Shown here piece after piece: positions 28,405 to 37,552 of a stretch of 64,000 nucleotides of DNA. The DNA lies in NCBI GenBank assembly GCA_051879315.1, contig JBJELW010000066.1, forward strand, positions 99-64,098, read 5' to 3'. The position numbers and the translations under genes were made by a program. How positions within the stretch are numbered: position 1 is the stretch's first letter; every line of letters begins with the position of its first letter. The stretch is from Roseburia sp. (GTDB lineage: Bacteria; Bacillota; Clostridia; Lachnospirales; Lachnospiraceae). A model generated the notes under the pieces. The model was given only the letters and a program-made list of their open reading frames with translations, did not search any database and had not been told where the DNA came from.

Positions 28405-30093
28405 ATGATGAGATCAATGTACTCTGCTGTGTCAGGACTAAAGACACATCAGACCAAAATGGATGTAATCGGTAACAATATTGCCAACGTGAACACGGTG
28501 GCATTTAAATCATCCTCAGTAACTTTTAGCGAGATTATGTATCAGACTATTTCCAGTGCGTCCAGCGCCAATCCTACAACAGGAATCGGCGGTGTCAATG
28601 CCAAGCAGATCGGACTTGGTGTGACCAGTGGAGCCACTGCCGTGAGTATCACTTCGGCAGGTGCGGCACAGACCACTGGAAATGCATTTGATATCAAGAT
28701 CACAGACAGCGGAAATACCACCAGCTTTTTTGTGGTCAGTAATGGAACTGAAAATCTTTTTACCAGAGCGGGCTCTTTCTACATTGATGGATCCGGCAAC
28801 CTGGCTATGACATCCACCGGATACAATGTCATGGGATGGCAGGTGGATGAAACTACCGGTGAGATTCGAAAAGATTCTGTATCCGCACTGCGGATCATGC
28901 AGGAGAAGAATCTGACTTCCTCTGCAGAGGCTACCACCGCTGCCACCTGTGCCGGCGTCGTTGATAAGAACAGCGCCGATATCACCAGCGCAGACGGATA
29001 TGCCATGAACCTGAATTTTTATGACAGTCTCGGGTATTCTTATACAGCAAAATTTGCCATTAAGGCAGTGGATACTGAAACCGGAAAGTATACGGTGGAG
29101 TTGTCCGCTATTTATGATTCGGATAATCAGAACATACTGGAGACATACCTGGCCGATGGAAAATCATTGACCAATTTGTTTGGCGCGGAGGACGGTGCAC
29201 AGAATACATACTCAGTGTTGAACAGTGAGTGGATCGCCGGATCCAGTACTGTTCAGGTGAACGGCGGTGATTATCCGGGAACCTTCCAGAGCTTTACCAA
29301 CACCGGAGATGGAAAGACCTATTATATTAATACAGCGGGTGTCGACCAAGTTCCTACGAATCCGGACAGCCGTGTGTACTGTGAGAATGAGGCCGGTGCC
29401 ATTGTTCCGGTGGATGATGTACTTATTTCCGATATTTACAGCGGTCTGCAGACAGGAGCTAATATCGTGGCTATTTCAAGTGATAATCCACCTACGATTA
29501 CTGCCTCCAATGTGAATTACACACTGCAGTTTGATGCTGACAACGGAGCTTTCGAGTCCATCGGAAACAGCACCAACGGAATCGTTTCCCTGAATTTAAA
29601 ACAGTTGGGAGGCAATTTTGAAAATATCGCCATTGATTTTACCCAGTGCCTTAATTCCAACAATGGTGGAACATCCACTGTTGGAATGGATGCAGGAGCT
29701 GTCGATGGGACCACCGGAACCGGTAAGAAGCTGGGATCGCTGACCGGTGTGTCTGTGGATTCCAATGGTAAGATTTACGGTTCCTACGACAACGGTAATA
29801 CGGTTCTGCTGGGACAGATCGCAGCAGCCCGTTTTTCCAATGCGGCAGGTCTGGAGAAGGTGGGTGACAACTGTTACCGCACCACATTAAACTCCGGTGA
29901 ATTTGACGGAATAGGTGTAGAAATTGACGCAAATGGAAGTACCATGTCCACCGGCGAATTGGAAATGTCCAATGTGGATCTGGCATCTGAGTTTACGGAG
30001 ATGATTACAACCCAGAGAGGCTTCCAGGCCAATTCCAGGGTGATTACCACATCGGATACCCTGTTAGAGGAATTGATCAATCTGAAACGATAA
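28405..30093 (+). CDS. flgE: flagellar hook protein FlgE
   Basis: MDVIGNNIANVNT, TRAG.F, LEMSNVDLA.EFT.MI.TQRGFQANSR. Confidence 0.95.
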   Translation: MMRSMYSAVSGLKTHQTKMDVIGNNIANVNTVAFKSSSVTFSEIMYQTISSASSANPTTGIGGVNAKQIGLGVTSGATAVSITSAGAAQTTGNAFDIKITDSGNTTSFFVVSNGTENLFTRAGSFYIDGSGNLAMTSTGYNVMGWQVDETTGEIRKDSVSALRIMQEKNLTSSAEATTAATCAGVVDKNSADITSADGYAMNLNFYDSLGYSYTAKFAIKAVDTETGKYTVELSAIYDSDNQNILETYLADGKSLTNLFGAEDGAQNTYSVLNSEWIAGSSTVQVNGGDYPGTFQSFTNTGDGKTYYINTAGVDQVPTNPDSRVYCENEAGAIVPVDDVLISDIYSGLQTGANIVAISSDNPPTITASNVNYTLQFDADNGAFESIGNSTNGIVSLNLKQLGGNFENIAIDFTQCLNSNNGGTSTVGMDAGAVDGTTGTGKKLGSLTGVSVDSNGKIYGSYDNGNTVLLGQIAAARFSNAAGLEKVGDNCYRTTLNSGEFDGIGVEIDANGSTMSTGELEMSNVDLASEFTEMITTQRGFQANSRVITTSDTLLEELINLKR

Positions 30094-30134
30094 TCGGATG
30101 ATTTTATCGTAGATAAAAATGGCACAATATGTAG

Positions 30135-30171
30135 ATATTGGGGAACTATATTATATAGTTCCCCAATATTT
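30135..30171 (+). terminator. 16-bp perfect inverted repeat after flgE
   Basis: ATATTGGGGAACTATA / TATAGTTCCCCAATAT. Confidence 0.7.
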
Positions 30172-30217
30172 GGTATCTGATAAAATTGTCGGGAATTGAA
30201 AAAACTTGCAAAAAAAG

Positions 30218-30246
30218 TAGACAATCGACAGAAAATTTAGTAATAT
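30218..30246 (+). promoter_or_regulatory. putative SigA promoter for motA onward
   Basis: TAGACA-N17-TAATAT. Confidence 0.45.
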
Positions 30247-30384
30247 GATATAGATAAGGATAGTGTGTAAATCTCATGCTTTTGTGAAGGAAGAAAAGTG
30301 GCAGAGGACAATAGATGCATGGAATGCCGCAGATGCATGGGAATCAGGACTATAGATTTTGGGATGAAAAGCAGGTGAGAAGGT

Positions 30385-31182
30385 TTGGATATTGCATCAT
30401 TGGCGGGTATTATATTGGGGTTTGCAATGGTCATATTTGGTATTGTGTCCAGTGCAGATTTTGCTGCAATTAAAGACAGCTTTGTCGATGTGCCGTCAAT
30501 CATTATTACGATCGGTGGCTCACTGACCGGACTTTTGGCTTCCAATAAATTAAAAGATTTTATAGCGGGCTTTAAGTCCATGAAGCTTGTATTTAAAGAG
30601 AATACCACGGATCCGGGTGAGGTGATTTCCAATATCATCAACCTTGCGAACGTGTCGCGAAAAGAAGGCCTTTTGGCTTTGGAGGAAGCTGCCGGTAGTA
30701 TCGATGATCCTTTTCTTAAGAAGGGAATCATGCTGGTGGTGGACGGTACGGATCCGGATCTGGTGCGAGGTATTTTGGAAACGGATCTCAATTGCGTGGA
30801 ATCCAGACATAAAAAGACTATAGGTTTCTGGACCAAGTGGGCAGAACTTGGACCGGCATGGGGAATGATTGGTACGTTGGTTGGTTTGGTTAACATGTTA
30901 AAGAACCTGAATGATCCGTCTTCCATCGGTCCGCAGATGGCGGTGGCTTTGCTGACGACCTTGTATGGATCGCTGATTGCCAACTGGCTGTGTAATCCGA
31001 TTGCTTCCAAGATGGAGGTCAACAACGCAAATGAAATCATGATGAAAGAGGTAACCGTGGAGGGTCTCCTGTCTATTCAGGCCGGAGAGAATCCAAGAGT
31101 AATAGAAGAAAAACTAAAATCATTCCTTTCTCCGTCAGCCCGTGAGGCTTTGGGCGGTAATGAGGCCGGAGGTGAGGAATAA
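30385..31182 (+). CDS. motA: flagellar stator A subunit (MotA/MotP/PomA family)
   Basis: RKEGLLALE, PAWGMIGTLVGLV, ALLTTLYG, GENPR. Confidence 0.94.
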   Translation: MDIASLAGIILGFAMVIFGIVSSADFAAIKDSFVDVPSIIITIGGSLTGLLASNKLKDFIAGFKSMKLVFKENTTDPGEVISNIINLANVSRKEGLLALEEAAGSIDDPFLKKGIMLVVDGTDPDLVRGILETDLNCVESRHKKTIGFWTKWAELGPAWGMIGTLVGLVNMLKNLNDPSSIGPQMAVALLTTLYGSLIANWLCNPIASKMEVNNANEIMMKEVTVEGLLSIQAGENPRVIEEKLKSFLSPSAREALGGNEAGGEE

Positions 31183-32030
31183 TGGCCAGAAAAAAACAGG
31201 AAGATGCGCCCAAGGGTTCACCGGCGTGGATGGCCACTTTCAGCGACCTGATGAATTTACTGCTCTGTTTCTTCGTGTTACTTTTTTCTATGTCTACTGT
31301 GGATGCCGAGAAGTTTGTAATGGTGATAGCCTCTTTGCAGAGCAGTTTTTCTGTACTGCCGGCCGGGGGCAGCAGTATCGGAGAAGGACAGATGGTGGGG
31401 GCAGGTATCAGTCAGCTTTCCCAGCTGGATATTTATTTTCAGCAAAACAACTCTGATGGAATTGATGAGGGCGGCGCCACGGATGTGGATGACGACAATA
31501 TTGGAGGAGCATCAACGGAAGATATCAAAGAACAGTACCGTCAGGAAGCTTTGAATGAATCCCAGGACATGGCAGAGGAAATCGAGGAGAAACTGGTACA
31601 GTATGGGATACAGGATCAGGTTGATGTGGAGTTTAATGCAGAGTATGTGCTGCTGACTCTAAATGGTGCTATTTTGTTTGATTCCGGTAAGTCCGAAGTA
31701 AGGGATGAGGCGAAGGATCTGATTATAAAGATTGCCTCTATAGTAGAGCAGTATGATAATAATATCATCGAGATTGAGGGACATACCGACAATGTGCCGA
31801 TCCATTCCAGCAAATATGAGGACAATGATGTTTTATCCATGTACCGGGCACTTTCAGTTGCAAATCTGATCCGGGATAATTCCGATATAGATCCGGCTCT
31901 GTTGAAATCAGCCGGTCGGGGTGAGTATGTCCCCGTGGCGGACAATTCCACCGAGGAAGGACGGGCCCGTAACCGTCGGGTGGAGATAAAAGTATACAAT
32001 ACTTTAAATTCGGGAGAAGCGACAGAATAA
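31182..32030 (+). CDS. motB: flagellar stator B subunit (MotB/MotS/PomB family)
   Basis: WMATFSDLMNLLLCFFVLL; OmpA-like EGHTDN...NRRVEI. Confidence 0.94.
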   Translation: MARKKQEDAPKGSPAWMATFSDLMNLLLCFFVLLFSMSTVDAEKFVMVIASLQSSFSVLPAGGSSIGEGQMVGAGISQLSQLDIYFQQNNSDGIDEGGATDVDDDNIGGASTEDIKEQYRQEALNESQDMAEEIEEKLVQYGIQDQVDVEFNAEYVLLTLNGAILFDSGKSEVRDEAKDLIIKIASIVEQYDNNIIEIEGHTDNVPIHSSKYEDNDVLSMYRALSVANLIRDNSDIDPALLKSAGRGEYVPVADNSTEEGRARNRRVEIKVYNTLNSGEATE

Positions 32031-32114
32031 TGCCGGGTGAAATATAAAAACGGATGGGCACAAGGACTCCGTCACTTTCGGTGATGCCTCGTGCCAGTAA
32101 TAGGGAGGCTTTTT

Positions 32115-32633
32115 ATGAAGAAAAATCTTATGTCGGTGCTGATACTGGCATTGGTATTAGTTAATTTGATATTGACGGCGATTCTGACTATCAGTATTTT
32201 GCCCCAGACGAAGAAAGCCAATGAACTGATTACAACGGTTTGTAGTGCAATTAATCTGGAACTTGCATCGGGGGATGTGACAGAGAGCAGTTCCAGTGTG
32301 CCGATGAGCCAGAGTGCCACATATGCGATTGAGAACACCATGACTATCAGTTTGAAAAAGGGCGCGGATGGCAAACAGCATTATGTTGTGCTGGGGGTAT
32401 CAGTGTCTATGGATACGAAAAGTGATGGTTATAAAGATTATGGAGCTGCAGTGGAAGCAGGAGAATATGATTCGATTATTTGTGATACGGTAGATAGTGT
32501 GGTTTCGGGCTACACATTGGAAGAATTTGAGGACAGGGATGCAGTGAAGCAGGATATTTTGAAACAGCTGCAGAGCAGATTTGAGTCTGATTTTATCTAT
32601 CAGGTTAATTTTTCCAGTGTCACACCGCAGTAG
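32115..32633 (+). CDS. fliL: flagellar basal-body protein FliL
   Basis: single N-terminal TM; between motB and fliM. Confidence 0.82.
   Translation: MKKNLMSVLILALVLVNLILTAILTISILPQTKKANELITTVCSAINLELASGDVTESSSSVPMSQSATYAIENTMTISLKKGADGKQHYVVLGVSVSMDTKSDGYKDYGAAVEAGEYDSIICDTVDSVVSGYTLEEFEDRDAVKQDILKQLQSRFESDFIYQVNFSSVTPQ
32169..32190 (+). other. part of the N-terminal transmembrane segment of FliL
   Basis: hydrophobic run ILALVLVNLILTAILTISIL in the translation. Confidence 0.4.
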
Positions 32634-32668
32634 CGGTTATAGGAAGCAGTGTAAGGTGGTGAGAGTTC

Positions 32669-33649
32669 ATGGCAGATGTTTTATCTCAGAGCGAGATAGA
32701 CAGTTTGCTGCAGGCATTAAGCAGCGGTGAGTTGGATGTAGATGATATTAAGGAAACAGATGAGAAGCAGGTCAAAAACTATGACTTTGCAAGGCCATCC
32801 AAATTCTCCAAAGAACATTTAAGAACTCTGGAAATTATATTCGAACATTATGGACGACTGCTTTCCACCAACCTTCCGGTTTACCTCCGGAAGAATATAC
32901 AGGTACAGGTGATGAACTCTGAGGCGGTTACCTATTCGGAGTTTTCCAATGCTTTGTCAAATCCGGTTCTTCTGGGAATTGTAAATTTCAGTCCCTTGAA
33001 AGGATCGATTATTATAGAGATGGCATCCAATTTAGGATTCGCGATGGTGGACCGGATGCTGGGGGGAGATGGGGAGCCCTTGGCCAAGACCAGGGACTTT
33101 ACGGAAATTGAACTTTTGATTATGGAACGAATCATAGGAACCTGCGTGGATTTACTGCGGGAACCATGGATGAATGTGGTGGAGCTGCATCCGAGATTGG
33201 AACGGATTGAGACGAATTCCCAGTTTGCACAGATTATATCACCCAGTGAGATGATTGCAATTGTTACCATCAGTGTTAAAATTGGGGATGTAGAGGGGTT
33301 GATGAATGTCTGTCTTCCCTACATCACGTTGGAGTCTGTAATGGACAAGCTGAATACCAAGTACTGGTTCTCCATTATGCAGGATCGCAATGAGCAACAG
33401 TACAGTGAGGCTATTGAGACATTGATCTCGAAAGCCCCTATTCCGGTAAAGGCAATATTAGGAAAGAGTACCATTTCTGTAAATGATTTTGTGAATTTAC
33501 AGATAGGTGATATAATTAGATTAGATTCGAAGGTTGACCAGGAGTTGGATGTGTATGTGGGCAATATTAAAAAGTTTGCAGCACTTCCGGGAGCCTCCGG
33601 GGACGATTACGCAGTAAGAGTAACTTCGGTAATCAGAGAGGAGCAGTAA
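32669..33649 (+). CDS. fliM: motor switch protein FliM
   Basis: LSQSEIDSLL, YDF.RP.KFSKE. Confidence 0.96.
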   Translation: MADVLSQSEIDSLLQALSSGELDVDDIKETDEKQVKNYDFARPSKFSKEHLRTLEIIFEHYGRLLSTNLPVYLRKNIQVQVMNSEAVTYSEFSNALSNPVLLGIVNFSPLKGSIIIEMASNLGFAMVDRMLGGDGEPLAKTRDFTEIELLIMERIIGTCVDLLREPWMNVVELHPRLERIETNSQFAQIISPSEMIAIVTISVKIGDVEGLMNVCLPYITLESVMDKLNTKYWFSIMQDRNEQQYSEAIETLISKAPIPVKAILGKSTISVNDFVNLQIGDIIRLDSKVDQELDVYVGNIKKFAALPGASGDDYAVRVTSVIREEQ

Positions 33650-33652
33650 AAA

Positions 33653-34843
33653 ATGGATGGAGTATTATCGCAGGAAGAAATCAATGCATTGTTGAATTCC
33701 GCGGATACTGCAACGAATGAAGTGCTGAGTGATTCAGAAAAAGATACCATCGGGGAGATTGCTAACATCAGTATGGGAACGGCAGCCACAACGCTTTTCT
33801 CTTTGGTGAACCGAAAGGTTGAAATCTCCACACCGGTAGTCACGACTGTGAAGTGGGATGATGTGGTACATAACTACGATGCCCCTTGTGTGTTTATCAG
33901 TATCAAGTATACCGTTGGATTGAATGGCAGCAATATTTTAGTACTTCGGGAGCGGGATGTAAAAGTAATTACCGATTTGATGATGGGCGGAGACGGGACA
34001 AACATTGATGGAGAGTTGGGAGAATTACATCTCAGTGCCATCAGTGAAGCTATGAACCAGATGATGGGGTCATCGGCAACTTCCCTATCCTCCATGTTAA
34101 ATAAAATGATCGATATCAGTCCGCCAGTGGCAGATCTGATCGATCTTCAATCGGGAATCGATGAAGCAGAAATCGCAGATTTCCTGACCGAATCCTTTGT
34201 GAAGATTTCCTTTAAAATGGAGATCGGGGATCTGGTGGATAGCGAGATTATGCAATTGTATCCTATTTCATTAGCAAAGGAGATGTGTAGGAGCATCACG
34301 GAGACCATGTCGAAGGATGCGGCGGAGACACCGGGAGCTGTTCAGACCGGCGCAAAATCAGATCCGTCACCTGCTCCACCACAACCCACACCTCCGCCGC
34401 AGCCCGTACCTCAGCCACAGCAGGCTATGGCGGGGCAGCCTATGATGGGGCAGCCCATGATGGGGCAGCCTATGATGGGGCAGCCTATGATGGGACAGCC
34501 CATGATGGGACAGCCTATGGATATGTCATCCATGTATGCAAATCAGCAGATCAATGTACAACCGGCTCAGTTCCAAGCATTTTCCGGTGATGTAAATGGA
34601 ATTTTCCAAAAGGAAAATATCGATCTGATCATGGATGTGCCGTTGGATGTAACGGTGGAATTGGGAAGAACGACGAAATCTATTCAGGATATTTTGGATT
34701 TTGCTCCCGGAACCATCATAGAGCTGAACAAAATAGCCGGAGAACCCATTGATGTTCTGGTAAATGGCAAATATGTAGCAAAAGGCGAAGTTGTAGTAAT
34801 TGAAGAAAGTTTTGGTGTCAGAATCACCGAAATTGTAAAATAA
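33653..34843 (+). CDS. fliY: switch phosphatase FliY
   Basis: LSQEEINALL, two ExxN CheC-like motifs, C-terminal FliN/SpoA domain. Confidence 0.94.
   Translation: MDGVLSQEEINALLNSADTATNEVLSDSEKDTIGEIANISMGTAATTLFSLVNRKVEISTPVVTTVKWDDVVHNYDAPCVFISIKYTVGLNGSNILVLRERDVKVITDLMMGGDGTNIDGELGELHLSAISEAMNQMMGSSATSLSSMLNKMIDISPPVADLIDLQSGIDEAEIADFLTESFVKISFKMEIGDLVDSEIMQLYPISLAKEMCRSITETMSKDAAETPGAVQTGAKSDPSPAPPQPTPPPQPVPQPQQAMAGQPMMGQPMMGQPMMGQPMMGQPMMGQPMDMSSMYANQQINVQPAQFQAFSGDVNGIFQKENIDLIMDVPLDVTVELGRTTKSIQDILDFAPGTIIELNKIAGEPIDVLVNGKYVAKGEVVVIEESFGVRITEIVK
34426..34519 (+). repeat. 15-bp tandem repeat x6 encoding the MMGQP linker of FliY
   Basis: YATGATGGGRCAGCC units (first unit variant). Confidence 0.95.
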
Positions 34844-34862
34844 GGAGACGAGGAGAAAACCT

Positions 34863-35225
34863 ATGGCAAAGAATATTTTAATTTGTGATGACGCAGCATT
34901 TATGAGAATGATGATTAAGGACATTCTTACCAAGAATGGTTATAACGTTGCAGCAGAGGCGGAGAACGGAGCAAAAGCTGTAGAAAAATACAACGAAGTA
35001 AAACCGGATCTTGTATTGATGGATATCACCATGCCGGAGATGGATGGAATCCAGGCATTGAAGCAAATTAAAGCAAACGATGCTTCAGCCAATGTAATTA
35101 TGTGTTCTGCAATGGGTCAGCAGGCAATGGTAATTGAGGCAATTCAGTCCGGAGCCAAGGACTTTATTGTAAAGCCTTTTCAAGCTGAACGTGTGCTGGA
35201 AGCAGTAAAAAAAGTAGTAGGTTAG
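34863..35225 (+). CDS. cheY: chemotaxis response regulator CheY
   Basis: DDAAFMRMMIKDIL, MDITMPEMDG, FIVKPF. Confidence 0.95.
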   Translation: MAKNILICDDAAFMRMMIKDILTKNGYNVAAEAENGAKAVEKYNEVKPDLVLMDITMPEMDGIQALKQIKANDASANVIMCSAMGQQAMVIEAIQSGAKDFIVKPFQAERVLEAVKKVVG

Positions 35226-35226
35226 T

Positions 35227-35613
35227 ATGATTTTACTAAGCACAGGCAGCTCTGTAGGACAGTTGATCGTAGCAATTCTTTTATTTGTTGTAGTGTTGGC
35301 TGCCTGCTATTTTACCACTGCATGGATTGCGGGATATCAGAAGCAACACAGCTTCAATCGAAATATCCGGGTGGTGGAGACCATGAAGCTTTCCACCAAT
35401 AAGTACATACAGATCGTAGAGGTGGGAGGAAAGTATCTCGTTATCGCGTTGGGAAAAGATGAGGTTACGTTTCTGACAGAGCTTTCGGAGGATGATATTA
35501 CGGAGGTATCTTCGCAGAATCCGGTCAATCCCTTGAAACGGGAGGATTTTCAACAAATATTAGAACAATGGAAACAACGTATTCCTAAGGGCAGGCATAA
35601 AAAAGATGAGTAA
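35227..35613 (+). CDS. fliO: flagellar biosynthesis protein FliO/FliZ
   Basis: TM followed by I.VVE...L...K.IQIVEVG; precedes fliP. Confidence 0.85.
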   Translation: MILLSTGSSVGQLIVAILLFVVVLAACYFTTAWIAGYQKQHSFNRNIRVVETMKLSTNKYIQIVEVGGKYLVIALGKDEVTFLTELSEDDITEVSSQNPVNPLKREDFQQILEQWKQRIPKGRHKKDE

Positions 35614-36463
35614 ATTAAAAAAAGGTTATTGTATATTATCCTTTATTTTTGCAGTGTTCACATTGACGCTGACCCTGTCATACTGTTGGTCGCAGCATGT
35701 ATACGCTTCTTCCATGACATCTCAGGATGAGAATGGGGTGGATGTGATTAAACCCACTGTGGATGCCACCTCGGATGCAAACGATGGTGTTTCGATTACC
35801 GTGAACAATGACAGCGGGAATCTGTCTGGTACGCTGAGGATTTTATTGGTTTTGACCATAATTTCCCTGGCACCTTCCATTTTGATCATGCTCACATCAT
35901 TTACACGGATTGTGATCGTGTTGCATTTTGTAAGGGCAGCCATAGGAACACAGACGGTACCGCCCAATCAGGTGCTCATTGGACTGGCTTTGTTCCTGAC
36001 ACTATTTATTATGAATCCTGTTTTTTCCCAGATTAATGAGGAGGCATTAAAACCACTGGATGCCGGAGAAATTACTCAGGAAGAAGCTTTGGAGATTGGA
36101 ATGGAGCCCATTCGGGAGTTCATGTTTGAACAGACGAACAGAAAAGATATCAATCTGTTTTGCGATATTGGCGGCATCACCTATGATACCAGTGCAGAAT
36201 TAGAGGAGATTAAAGAGAGTATACCCACTACCGTGCTGATACCGGCATTTATCTTAAGTGAACTTAGAACAGCCTTTATCATAGGCTTTGTAATTTATAT
36301 CCCATTTATTGTGATTGATATGGTTGTGTCATCTGTGCTTATGTCCATGGGTATGATGATGCTTCCACCGACCACCATATCCTTACCCTTTAAGATCCTG
36401 CTGTTTATTCTGGCAGACGGATGGGACCTTGTGGTGGGCAATCTGGTACGAACTTTCTATTAG
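35606..36463 (+). CDS. fliP: export gate FliP
   Basis: [28 protein letters not shown]. Confidence 0.96.
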   Translation: MSKLKKGYCILSFIFAVFTLTLTLSYCWSQHVYASSMTSQDENGVDVIKPTVDATSDANDGVSITVNNDSGNLSGTLRILLVLTIISLAPSILIMLTSFTRIVIVLHFVRAAIGTQTVPPNQVLIGLALFLTLFIMNPVFSQINEEALKPLDAGEITQEEALEIGMEPIREFMFEQTNRKDINLFCDIGGITYDTSAELEEIKESIPTTVLIPAFILSELRTAFIIGFVIYIPFIVIDMVVSSVLMSMGMMMLPPTTISLPFKILLFILADGWDLVVGNLVRTFY

Positions 36464-36476
36464 GCAGGTGTAGAAT

Positions 36477-36746
36477 ATGATTACCCAAGGAGAGGTATTG
36501 GACATTGCGCGTGATGCCATTTATACCATTATTACGACTGCGGCACCACTTTTGCTGGTGTCACTGATCGTTGGCTTGATCATTAGTATTTTTCAGACAG
36601 TGACATCCATTCAGGAACAGACACTTACGTTTGTTCCGAAAATTTTGGCTGTGTTTGCGGCCCTGATGCTCTTTGGTGCATGGATGCTCAATAACATGTC
36701 ATCCTTCATGATAGAGCTGTGGTCAGATTTCAGCGCATATGTTTAG
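36477..36746 (+). CDS. fliQ: export gate FliQ
   Basis: FQTVTSIQEQTLTFVPK. Confidence 0.96.
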   Translation: MITQGEVLDIARDAIYTIITTAAPLLLVSLIVGLIISIFQTVTSIQEQTLTFVPKILAVFAALMLFGAWMLNNMSSFMIELWSDFSAYV

Positions 36747-36771
36747 GTCCTAATTTTCAAAGATCAATTTT

Positions 36772-37551
36772 ATGGTAGATTATACTTTTTCATTGATTAC
36801 ATTTGAATATTTTTTGCTGGTTCTGGTACGCATCGCATCTTTTGTTTTTGTGGCCCCCTTTTTCAGTCTGCCCAATACACCGGGCAGAGTCAAAATCGGG
36901 TTTTCTTTTTTTGTTGCCCTGTTAGTATTTACAATGGTGCCGGAACCGGAGGTATCTTATAACGATGTGATAGGATTTGCAGTCATCGTGATCAAGGAGG
37001 GAATTACAGGGTTGCTGATAGGATTTGCAGCAAATATTTGTAATTCCATTGTTTTATTAGCGGGAAATATCATCGATATGAACATGGGTCTGTCCATGGC
37101 CACGGAATATGATCCGGTGACCAGAACCAATGCGCCCATCACCGGAAATTTTTATAACTATATGGTGTTGCTACTGCTTTTGGTCAGTGGCATGCACCGG
37201 TATGTGCTGACGGCCATAGTGGAATCTTTTCAATTGATTCCGGTGAATGGACAACTGTTTCAGTGGGATTCACTTATGTCCGGAATGCTGGAGTATATGA
37301 GCCAGTCCATGATATTAGGTTTCCGGATCGCACTGCCGGTATTCGCCTGCATCATGATCTTAAACTGTATCTTAGGTGTTATGGCAAAGGTGGCCCCCCA
37401 GATGAATATGTTTTCTGTGGGTATGCAGCTGAAAGTGCTTACGGGATTGGTAATCCTGTTGTTGACGGTGCAGCTCCTGCCATATGTAACGGATTTTGTC
37501 TATACAGAGATGAAGCGAATGATTGTCACAATGATAGAAGGAATGTATTAA
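36772..37551 (+). CDS. fliR: export gate FliR
   Basis: hydrophobic; AG..ID..MGL, K.APQMN.F.VG. Confidence 0.94.
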   Translation: MVDYTFSLITFEYFLLVLVRIASFVFVAPFFSLPNTPGRVKIGFSFFVALLVFTMVPEPEVSYNDVIGFAVIVIKEGITGLLIGFAANICNSIVLLAGNIIDMNMGLSMATEYDPVTRTNAPITGNFYNYMVLLLLLVSGMHRYVLTAIVESFQLIPVNGQLFQWDSLMSGMLEYMSQSMILGFRIALPVFACIMILNCILGVMAKVAPQMNMFSVGMQLKVLTGLVILLLTVQLLPYVTDFVYTEMKRMIVTMIEGMY

Positions 37552-37552
37552 G

